DNA from: Gemmatimonadales bacterium
GTDB lineage: Bacteria; Gemmatimonadota; Gemmatimonadetes; Gemmatimonadales; JACORV01
Direction of reading: 5' to 3'
NCBI GenBank assembly: GCA_035502185.1
Contig: DATJUT010000101.1
Location: forward strand, 24,300 to 88,299
Length of the DNA: 64,000 nt
A program made the position numbers and the translations under genes. Under the pieces are notes generated by a model. It worked only from the letters and a program-made list of their open reading frames with translations, made no database searches and was not told the DNA's origin. Below are positions 38,792 to 46,555 of this stretch, piece by piece; positions within the stretch are counted from its first letter, which is position 1, and each line of letters opens with the position of its first letter.

Positions 38792-38868
38792 TACTCGCTC
38801 TCACCACTTACGTCTCTCTCCGGGAACAGAAACTGGCCCGCGCGTCGTGGCATGGGTATCATTGAAAG

Positions 38869-40461
38869 TTGGGCTTGATTGGGGGCACGCTTCTGGGTTC
38901 GGCACATCTCGCGGACGTATTCGATGCCGCCGCGGCGCGCGCTCCCGAGCGGCTGCTGGCGGTAGCCGGGGAGCGGCGCTACAGCTACGCGCAGCTCGGC
39001 CGGGAGGCGGAATCCCTCGCCGCGGCGTTGGCGGACCTCGGCATCGAGGCCGGTGACACCATCGCGGTCTGCCTGCCCAACCGGCCGGAGTGGCTGGCGA
39101 CGGCGGTGGCCGCAGCACGGCTGGGCGCCGTCCTGGTTCCCGTCAATCCCGGCCTCGGACACCACGAGCTCACCTACCAGCTGCGCCATGCCGAGGCGTC
39201 GGTGGTGGTGACCGCCGAGAGCTACGGCGACCGGGACTTCGTCGAGCTGTTCGACGAGCTGGTCGGCGACCTCCCCGACGTGCAGTACCTCGTGGCCGTC
39301 GGCAGCGGCGACTACTGGTACGACGACCGGGTGTTCCCCTATCGGGACCTCGTGTCGAGGGGCGGGCGGCTCGCCGCGCCGTCGGGGGCGCGGGACGCGG
39401 ACGGGCTGTTCGCCATCCTCTACACGTCGGGCACCATGGGGAAGCCCAAGGGGGTACGCCTGACGCACCGGAACGTGGTCGGCACGGCGGCCGCGGTGAA
39501 CGAGGTGCTCGCACTCACGGGCGAGGACGTGGTGCTGGCGGCGGTGCCGTTCTTCACGATCTTCGGCACCAGCGTCGCCGCCGGGGCCGTCGCGGCGGGT
39601 GCGGGCCTGGTGCTCGACGAGCGGTTCGACCCGGCCGCGGCGGTCGCGCTGATGGCGCGGGAGCGGGTGACTGTGTGTCACGGCGTGCCCACGATGTTCC
39701 ACCTCCTGGTGCGGGAGCGCGGCTTCGCGCGCTCCGCCCTGCCGCTGCTGAGGACCGGCATCGTGGCGGGGAGCCCGGTGCCTCCCGACCTGCTGGCGGC
39801 GGTCCGGCGCACCTGCGACGTGGAGGTCGCTTACGGCCTGACCGAGACCGGGCCGACGGTGACGATCACGCGGCCGGGCGATGCCCCGGTGCATCGGGCC
39901 GAGACTGTGGGGCGGGCGCTGCCCGGGGTCGAGCTCAAGATCGTGGACGTGGGCACCGGGGAGCTGCACGGCGAGGAGGCGGTGGGAGAGCTCGCCGTGC
40001 GGGGCCCGAACGTGATGACGGGCTACCACCGGATGCCGGGCGAGACGCGACGGTCGTTCACGCCGGAGGGGTTCTTCCTCACCGGCGACCTGGCGATGCT
40101 GGAAGCGGACGGGTACGTGCGGATCGTCGGCCGCCGCAAGGAGATGATCATCCGCGGTGGCTACAACATCTACCCGCGCGAAGTGGAAGACGTGTTGCGG
40201 GCGCATCCGGGCGTCGCGGAGGTCTGCGTGGTGGGCATTCCCCACGAGGTCCTCGGCGAGGCGGTGTGCGCCTGTGTCGTACCGACCGAGGGCGCCATCC
40301 TGCGGGGCGAGGACATCACCGAGTTCGCCCGGCGGCAGATGGCCGACTACAAGGTGCCCGACCTGGTGCGGTTCTTCGACGTGCTCCCGCTGACGGCGAG
40401 CGGGAAGGTGAAGCGTCGGGAGCTGGCCCAGGTGGTGGCACTCGAACACACAGCCTCCTGA
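38869..40461 (+). CDS. AMP-dependent acyl-CoA synthetase/ligase
   Basis: AMP-binding signature [20 protein letters not shown], and the C-terminal lysine region [11 protein letters not shown] start. Confidence 0.9.
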   Translation: MGLIGGTLLGSAHLADVFDAAAARAPERLLAVAGERRYSYAQLGREAESLAAALADLGIEAGDTIAVCLPNRPEWLATAVAAARLGAVLVPVNPGLGHHELTYQLRHAEASVVVTAESYGDRDFVELFDELVGDLPDVQYLVAVGSGDYWYDDRVFPYRDLVSRGGRLAAPSGARDADGLFAILYTSGTMGKPKGVRLTHRNVVGTAAAVNEVLALTGEDVVLAAVPFFTIFGTSVAAGAVAAGAGLVLDERFDPAAAVALMARERVTVCHGVPTMFHLLVRERGFARSALPLLRTGIVAGSPVPPDLLAAVRRTCDVEVAYGLTETGPTVTITRPGDAPVHRAETVGRALPGVELKIVDVGTGELHGEEAVGELAVRGPNVMTGYHRMPGETRRSFTPEGFFLTGDLAMLEADGYVRIVGRRKEMIIRGGYNIYPREVEDVLRAHPGVAEVCVVGIPHEVLGEAVCACVVPTEGAILRGEDITEFARRQMADYKVPDLVRFFDVLPLTASGKVKRRELAQVVALEHTAS

Positions 40462-40469
40462 AGGAGTCC

Positions 40470-42053
40470 ATGACCTTTCCGCCACCGCGCCAGGCGAGCA
40501 AGCAGCCGCCGGCGCATGCGCCGAACGCCGCACTGATGATCGACTTCGACAACGTGACGATGGGCATCCGCTCCGACCTCCAGGTCGAGCTGCGCAAGCT
40601 CATGAACTCGGACATCATCCGGGGGAAGGTGGCGGTCCAGCGTGCCTACGCCGACTGGCGCCGCTACCCGCAGTACATCGTCCCGCTGTCGGAAGCGTCC
40701 ATCGACCTCATCTTCGCGCCGGCCTTCGGCTCCAACAAGAAGAACGCCACCGACATCCGGCTGGCCATCGACGCCGTGGAGCTGGTCTTCACGCGGCCCG
40801 AGATCGGGACCATCATCCTCCTCTCGGGCGACTCCGACTTCTCCTCGCTGGTGATCAAGCTGAAGGAGTACGGCAAGTACGTGATCGGGGTGGGGATCCG
40901 CGAGTCGGCCTCCGACCTGCTGATCCAGAACTGCGACGAGTACTACTCGTACAACGAGCTCGCGGGCCTGGCGCGCGAAGGCGAGAGCGAGGGCAAGCGG
41001 CGCGACCCGTGGGAGCTGGTGGTGGACGCCGTGCTCGAGATGAAGAAGCGCAGCGACGTGATGCGCTCGGACCGGCTGAAGCAGGTGATGCAGGAGCTGG
41101 ACCCGTCGTTCGACGAGAAGAACGTGGGGATGAGCCGGTTCTCGAAGTTCGTGGACGAGGCCAAGCGCCGCGGCCTGCTCACCGCCACCAAGCTCGAGAA
41201 CGGGCAGTACGAGATCGACCTGGGCGCGTCGGCGCCGGGCGGCGAGCGGGCGCTGCCCCCGATCCCCGGGGGAGCCGACGAGCGCCGCGGGCAGGAGCGC
41301 GCCGAGCACGAGCGGGCGGCGGGCGGCGGGCGTTCGCGGCGCGGCCGTCGCGGCGGCAGGGGAGCCGCGGCCGAGCCGGCACCCGAGGCGCCGGCGGGGG
41401 CCGCGGCCGGTACGCCGCTCTCCCTCGCGGAGGCGTTCGAGCTGTTGAAGCGGGCGCTGCGCGAGGTCGGAGCGTTCGCGCCGACCACGGTGAACGAGGA
41501 CATCGTGCGCGAGCGGATGACGGCGATGCACGGTGGTGGCCAGGATCCGCTGTTTCATCGCCCCCGGTTCGGGCGTCTGCTGCGGCAGGCGCACGACGCG
41601 GAGATCGTGGACCTGTCGAAGGACGAGCGCGGCTTCGAGGTCGCCTTGCGGGCGGAGGCGGCGTCGGCGCCGGCCGAAGAGGCGGCGCCTCAGGTGCCGG
41701 CCGGCCGCGGCGGGCGACGCGGCCGTGGGAGGGGGCGCGGTGCGCCCGCGGCGGCCGAGCCGCCGGCGGAGAGTGCCGCGCCGCCGGCGACCACCGCTCC
41801 GGCGCCGCCGGCCGCGTCCGCTCCGGCCGGGCACACGCGCGGGATCCGGTATCGCCGCGGGTCGGTGCGGGCACCGGCGCCGGCCGCCGGCGTGCCGCTG
41901 GTGGGCGTGGTGGAGATCGAGGCGGCCGAGCCGGCCGAGCCGGCGGAGTCGAAGACCCGGGCACGCCGCCGGCTCCGGGGCGGCGCCGGTCGCCGACCGA
42001 GCGGGCGGAGCCGGACCAGGAAGAAGCCCGAGGAGCCCTCCTCGGAGTCGTGA
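40470..42053 (+). CDS. NYN-domain (LabA/DUF88-like) protein with OST-HTH/LOTUS-like region and Arg/Gly-rich tail
   Basis: AAGGAG Shine-Dalgarno sequence. NYN core ALMIDFDNV...ILLSGDSDFSSLVIKLKEYGKYVIGVG. Followed by helical modules and RGG-rich low complexity. Confidence 0.8.
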   Translation: MTFPPPRQASKQPPAHAPNAALMIDFDNVTMGIRSDLQVELRKLMNSDIIRGKVAVQRAYADWRRYPQYIVPLSEASIDLIFAPAFGSNKKNATDIRLAIDAVELVFTRPEIGTIILLSGDSDFSSLVIKLKEYGKYVIGVGIRESASDLLIQNCDEYYSYNELAGLAREGESEGKRRDPWELVVDAVLEMKKRSDVMRSDRLKQVMQELDPSFDEKNVGMSRFSKFVDEAKRRGLLTATKLENGQYEIDLGASAPGGERALPPIPGGADERRGQERAEHERAAGGGRSRRGRRGGRGAAAEPAPEAPAGAAAGTPLSLAEAFELLKRALREVGAFAPTTVNEDIVRERMTAMHGGGQDPLFHRPRFGRLLRQAHDAEIVDLSKDERGFEVALRAEAASAPAEEAAPQVPAGRGGRRGRGRGRGAPAAAEPPAESAAPPATTAPAPPAASAPAGHTRGIRYRRGSVRAPAPAAGVPLVGVVEIEAAEPAEPAESKTRARRRLRGGAGRRPSGRSRTRKKPEEPSSES

Positions 42054-42640
42054 GCGCGCGGCCCCTCCCGCCGACGTTCTACGCGCGGGACACCGCGACC
42101 GTCGCGCGGGCGCTGCTGGGGCAGCTGCTGGTCTCCTCGGTCGGAGGCCGGCGCTGCCTCGCGCGCATCGTGGAGACCGAGGCCTACGTCGGGCCCCACG
42201 ATCCGGCGTGCCACGCCGCCGGCTGGCGGCGGACGCCGCGCAACGAGGTGCTGTACGGGTCGCCGGGCCTGGCCTACGTCTACTTCACCTACGGCATGCA
42301 CTGGTGCGTGAACGTCGTGACCGAGCGGGAGGGCTACCCGGCGGCGGTCCTGCTGCGTGCCGTCGAGCCGCTGCGCGGCCTGGCCGCCATGCGGCTGCGC
42401 CGCGGCCCCGTGCCCGACCTGGCGCTCGCCTCGGGGCCGGCGCGGCTCACCCAGGCGCTCGGCATCGACCGCAGCCTGAACGGCCACCGCCTCTCGGCGC
42501 GGCCGCTGTGGATCGCCGCCGGCCCGCCGGTGCCGCCGCGCCGAGTGGCCGCGGGTCCGCGCGTCGGCATCCGCGTGGCGACGGACTGGAAGCTCCGCTT
42601 CTGGATCCGCGACAACCCGTTCGTGAGTCCTGCCCGGTAG
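42050..42640 (+). CDS. mpg: DNA-3-methyladenine glycosylase (Mpg/AAG family)
   Basis: GTG overlaps the upstream stop (GTGA). IVETEAYVGPHDPACHA and GLAYVYFTYGMHWC blocks. Confidence 0.88.
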   Translation: MSARPLPPTFYARDTATVARALLGQLLVSSVGGRRCLARIVETEAYVGPHDPACHAAGWRRTPRNEVLYGSPGLAYVYFTYGMHWCVNVVTEREGYPAAVLLRAVEPLRGLAAMRLRRGPVPDLALASGPARLTQALGIDRSLNGHRLSARPLWIAAGPPVPPRRVAAGPRVGIRVATDWKLRFWIRDNPFVSPAR

Positions 42641-42722
42641 CCGCAGCCGCTCGGCATCACGGCCCGGAAACACGAGCGGCCAGCCGGTCACCGGCTGGCC
42701 GCTCGCTGCCCGGAGCGCCGGC

Positions 42723-43361
42723 TCAGTGCTGGAAGGCCGAGGTCCCCGACTCGCGCGAGCCGAGGAAGGCGTACCGGACGCCGGCCTCGAACGACGCCGA
42801 GCCATTGGGCAGCATGAAGCCGCGGCCCTGCGGGCTGAACTGCGCCTGGCCGAACACCGCCAGCTTGCCGACCCGGATCTGGACGCCGCCCATCGCCAGC
42901 GCGAAGCCCCCGGACGAGTTCTGATCCACGAACTGGTTCTGGACGGTGGTGGGCGTGGTGCTGTTGACCGCCGCGTTGCTGAGCGTCTCGATCACGAAGC
43001 CGCCGCCGACGTAGGGCTGCACCGGGCCGTTCCACGGCAGCACGAGAATGGCCACCTGGATGCGCTGCATCGCGTCGAACACGACCGGCACGGTGGTGCC
43101 GGTGGAGGTGGTGAAGGTGTCGCCGTCCTTGGTGAACGAGGTGGAATACGCCACGTACAGGGCGGTGCGCCGCGCCGTGATGAGCCACTCCCCGCCGACC
43201 TGCGGGTGGTTGACCTTGCCGGACGGCAGCGAGTAGTTGATCAAGCCGCCCTTGGCCCCCCAGTACCACTGGTATTGCCAGTCCTGGATCTGCGCCGCGA
43301 GGGGCGCAACCGAGGCGAGCATCAGCAGGGCGGCGATCGCCAGCGAGCGGTGTCGCGTCAT
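42723..43361 (-). CDS. Small outer-membrane beta-barrel protein
   Basis: Signal peptide ...APLAAQ. Alternating beta-strand pattern, aromatic girdle residues, about 190 mature aa. Confidence 0.65.
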   Translation of the reverse strand: MTRHRSLAIAALLMLASVAPLAAQIQDWQYQWYWGAKGGLINYSLPSGKVNHPQVGGEWLITARRTALYVAYSTSFTKDGDTFTTSTGTTVPVVFDAMQRIQVAILVLPWNGPVQPYVGGGFVIETLSNAAVNSTTPTTVQNQFVDQNSSGGFALAMGGVQIRVGKLAVFGQAQFSPQGRGFMLPNGSASFEAGVRYAFLGSRESGTSAFQH

Positions 43362-43492
43362 GGCTTCCTCTGTGACGGGTCGGCGGACCAAGGGCTCAAG
43401 ATAGGAAACCGGGGGGAAAAAGGCGAGAGCCGGAGCCGTCCGGCGCCTCGTTCCACCCCCCGTCGGCGCGGCGGACGCGCCGCCGGGCGGCG

Positions 43493-44698
43493 CTACCGGA
43501 CGACGCCCAGCTGCCGGCCGACCTTCTTGAACGCCGCCAGCGCCTGTTCCAGGTGCTCCCGCGTATGGGCCGCGGACACCTGGCAGCGCACCCGCGCCTG
43601 GCCCTGGGGCACGACCGGGTAGCCGAACCCGGTGACGAACACGCCCTCCTCCAGCAGCGCGTCGCTCATCCGGATGGCGAGCGCCGTCTCGCCGAGAATC
43701 ACCGGGATGATCGGCGTCTCGCCTTCGAGCGGCTGGAAACCCGCCTCGCGCAGCGCCCCGCGGAACCAGCGCGCATTCTCGTGCAGGCGCGTCACCAGCT
43801 CCGGATGCGCGCGCAGCACGCGCACCGCGGCCAGCGCGCTGGCCGCGACCGTGGGCGGCAGCGCGTTGGAGAACAGCTGCGGCCGTGAGCGCTGGGTGAG
43901 GTAGTCGCACAGCGCCGCCGAGGAGGCGGTGAACCCTCCGGCCGCTCCCCCCAGCGCCTTGCCGAGCGTGCTGGTGATCACGTCCACCTGCCCCGGCAGG
44001 CCGGCCGCCTCCGCCGTGCCGCGTCCCGTCGCCCCCAGCACCCCGGTCGCGTGCGAGTCGTCCACGGCCACCACCGCGTCGTAGCGGCGCGCCAGCTCGC
44101 AGATGTCGGCGAGCTTCGCCACGTCGCCTTCCATCGAGAACACGCCGTCGGTGAAGATCAGCCGGGTGCGCGCGCCCCTGGCCGCCTCGAGCTTCTCCCG
44201 GAGATCCGCCATGTCCGAGTGCCGGTAGACCAGCGACTGGCACTTGGTGATCTGGCGGGCGAGACGCACCGAATCAATGATGGAGGCGTGGTTGAGCTGG
44301 TCGGAGATGACCGCGTCGTTCTCGCCGAGGATGGTGGCGCAGAGGCCTTCGTTCGCGTTCCAGCACGACACGTAGCTGAGCGCGGCCTCGAGGCCCACCA
44401 GATCGGCCAGCGCCGCCTCCAGCTCGCGGTGGACGGTGAAGGTCCCGCAGATGAACCGCACCGACCCGGTGCCGGCGCCGTAGCGATCGAGCCCCGCCTT
44501 GCCCGCGGCGACCACCTCGGGATGGTTGCACAGCCCGAGGTAGTTGTTGGACGAGAGGATCACGACGTCGCCGCGTCCCTCCATCACCGTGCGCGCGCCC
44601 TGCGGCGCGTCGAGGTGGTTGAGGCGCTTGTAGACCCCGGTGCGCTTGAACTCGTCGAGCTCCGCCTGGAGGCGGGCGGTGAAGGCGGATCCGGTCAT
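43493..44698 (-). CDS. kbl: Glycine C-acetyltransferase (2-amino-3-ketobutyrate CoA ligase)
   Basis: Typical Kbl N-terminus (EFKRTGVYKRL, ILSSNNYLGL). PLP-Lys region TSTLGKALGG. Adjacent to tdh. Confidence 0.9.
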   Translation of the reverse strand: MTGSAFTARLQAELDEFKRTGVYKRLNHLDAPQGARTVMEGRGDVVILSSNNYLGLCNHPEVVAAGKAGLDRYGAGTGSVRFICGTFTVHRELEAALADLVGLEAALSYVSCWNANEGLCATILGENDAVISDQLNHASIIDSVRLARQITKCQSLVYRHSDMADLREKLEAARGARTRLIFTDGVFSMEGDVAKLADICELARRYDAVVAVDDSHATGVLGATGRGTAEAAGLPGQVDVITSTLGKALGGAAGGFTASSAALCDYLTQRSRPQLFSNALPPTVAASALAAVRVLRAHPELVTRLHENARWFRGALREAGFQPLEGETPIIPVILGETALAIRMSDALLEEGVFVTGFGYPVVPQGQARVRCQVSAAHTREHLEQALAAFKKVGRQLGVVR

Positions 44699-44705
44699 GG
44701 GCTCC

Positions 44706-45737
44706 TTATCCGATGTCGAGGATCACCTTGCCGGCGTCGCCACTGCGGATGGCGGCGATCGCCTCGTCGATCTTTTCGAGCGGGAAGCGATGGGTGATGG
44801 TCGGACGGGGATCGAATTGCCCCGAGCGCAGGAAGCGCTGCATGAGATGCCAGGTCTCGTACATCTTGCGGCCGATGACGCCGTAGATGGTGATCCCCTT
44901 GAACACGATCTCGTTGGCGAAGTCGATCGGCACGTCGCCGTCCGGGATGCCGAGCAGGTGCACCCGCCCGCCGTAGCGCACCACCTTGAAGCCGGTGTGC
45001 AGCGCGCTCGGCGCGCCCGACATCTCGCACACCAGGTCGGCGCCGTCGCCCTTCGACAGCTCGAGCACCGCGGCCTCCACGTCGTCGGTCTTCGGGTTCA
45101 GCACCCGGGTCGCGCCCATCTTCCGCGCCAGCTCGAGCCGCTTCGGATTCACGTCCACCGCGATCACGGCGGCGGCGCCGGCGGCCTTCGCGATGCCGAC
45201 CGCGAAGCAGCCGATCGGGCCGCAGCCCAGGATCAGCACGACGCTGCCCGACACCTCGGTGCTCAGCACGGTGTGGAACGCGTTCCCCATCGGGTCCATG
45301 ATGCCGCCGATTTCGGTGGGGATGCCGTCCAGGAGCATCACGTTGCTCGAAGGCATGACGATGTACTCGGCGAAGCACCCGTTGCGGTCCACGCCGATGA
45401 TCGAGGTGCGCTTGCACACGTGGCCGTTGCCGGTCCGGCACTGCAGGCAGTGGCCGCAGATGATGTGGCCTTCCGCCGTGACCAGCTGGCCCTTCTTGAA
45501 ATCGTCGTGCACGTCGCTGCCGACCTCGACGATCTCGCCCGCGAACTCGTGCCCGACCGTGAACGGCGGCTTGCAGCGGCCCTGGGCCCACGGATTCCAG
45601 TCGTAGATGTGGAGGTCGGTGCCGCAGACACCGGCGTGGTGCACGCGGATCAGGATGTCCGACGGTCCGCAGGTCGGCTTCGGGACATCGCGAACGACGA
45701 GACCCGGCCCGGCGGCCGCCTTGACGATCGCTTTCAT
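44706..45737 (-). CDS. tdh: L-threonine 3-dehydrogenase
   Basis: Zn-ADH family with GVCGTDLHIYDW and a GCGPIG Rossmann motif. Conserved kbl-tdh pairing. Confidence 0.92.
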   Translation of the reverse strand: MKAIVKAAAGPGLVVRDVPKPTCGPSDILIRVHHAGVCGTDLHIYDWNPWAQGRCKPPFTVGHEFAGEIVEVGSDVHDDFKKGQLVTAEGHIICGHCLQCRTGNGHVCKRTSIIGVDRNGCFAEYIVMPSSNVMLLDGIPTEIGGIMDPMGNAFHTVLSTEVSGSVVLILGCGPIGCFAVGIAKAAGAAAVIAVDVNPKRLELARKMGATRVLNPKTDDVEAAVLELSKGDGADLVCEMSGAPSALHTGFKVVRYGGRVHLLGIPDGDVPIDFANEIVFKGITIYGVIGRKMYETWHLMQRFLRSGQFDPRPTITHRFPLEKIDEAIAAIRSGDAGKVILDIG

Positions 45738-45761
45738 GACTCCTCGGAACGCAGAAGGAGG

Positions 45762-46553
45762 TTAGACAATACTGCGGAGGTAGCCACCGTCCACGGCAAG
45801 AACTGCGCCGGTAATATAGGACGCGCGCTCCGAAGCGAGAAACGCGACGGCGGATGCGAGCTCGTCCGGGTCGCCCATCCGACCCACGGGGATGGCGGCG
45901 ACCTGCCGGCTCAGGATCGCTTCGGGGGTGGAGCCTTCGCGCCGGGCCCGGTCGGCCGCGAGATCGGTGACCCGATCGGTGCGGAACCAGCCGGGAAGGA
46001 CGGTCGTGACCAGAATGCCGTGGCCCGCCACCTCGTCGGCGAGGGACTTGGCGAAGCCGAACACGGCGGCCCGAGCCGTGGTGGACAGGATGAGGTTCGG
46101 CATCGGCTGGCGGGCGGCGAACGACGTCATGCAGACGATCCGGCCCCAGTGTCGCTGCGCCATCAGCGGCACGGCGGCGCGGCACAGGTGCACCGTGGAC
46201 ATGAGGTTGAGGTCGAGCGCGCGTTGCCAGGCGTCGGGCGGGGCCTCGGCGAAGGTCGTGGCCGGCGGGCCACCCGCGTTGCACACCAGGACGTCGAGCC
46301 GGCCGAACCGCGCGGCGACGGCGCGGACCAGGGTCTCCGCGGCCCGGGGGTCGCTCACGTCGGCGGCGAACGCGACCGCCTCCCCGCCCGTGTCTGCCCG
46401 GATGCCCGCGGCCGCGCCCTCGGCCTTCGCGGCGTCGCGGCCGTTCACGGCGACCCGCGTGCCCTCGGCCGCCAGCCGCTGCGCGACCGCGCGTCCCAGG
46501 CCCGCCGACGAGCCGCACACCAGGGCCGCCCGGTCCCTGAGGCCGAGGTCCAC
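45762..46553 (-). CDS. Short-chain dehydrogenase/reductase (SDR)
   Basis: GTG 46553. GSSAGLG cofactor motif and NAGG motif. About 263 aa. The upstream part of ORF 45762..49520 is a shadow frame. Confidence 0.85.
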   Translation of the reverse strand: MDLGLRDRAALVCGSSAGLGRAVAQRLAAEGTRVAVNGRDAAKAEGAAAGIRADTGGEAVAFAADVSDPRAAETLVRAVAARFGRLDVLVCNAGGPPATTFAEAPPDAWQRALDLNLMSTVHLCRAAVPLMAQRHWGRIVCMTSFAARQPMPNLILSTTARAAVFGFAKSLADEVAGHGILVTTVLPGWFRTDRVTDLAADRARREGSTPEAILSRQVAAIPVGRMGDPDELASAVAFLASERASYITGAVLAVDGGYLRSIV

Positions 46554-46555
46554 CG

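Noticed and set aside
38848-38862. TGGCATGG motif upstream of the acyl-CoA ligase as a fourth sigma-54 promoter
   Set aside because: The -12 position reads TCAT, with no GC. The box ends only about 7 nt before the TTG start, which leaves no room for a transcription start and a Shine-Dalgarno sequence.
39090-42053. 987-aa plus-strand ORF
   Set aside because: Its first 460 codons are an out-of-frame shadow of the acyl-CoA ligase. The real gene begins at ATG 40470, which has an AAGGAG Shine-Dalgarno sequence.
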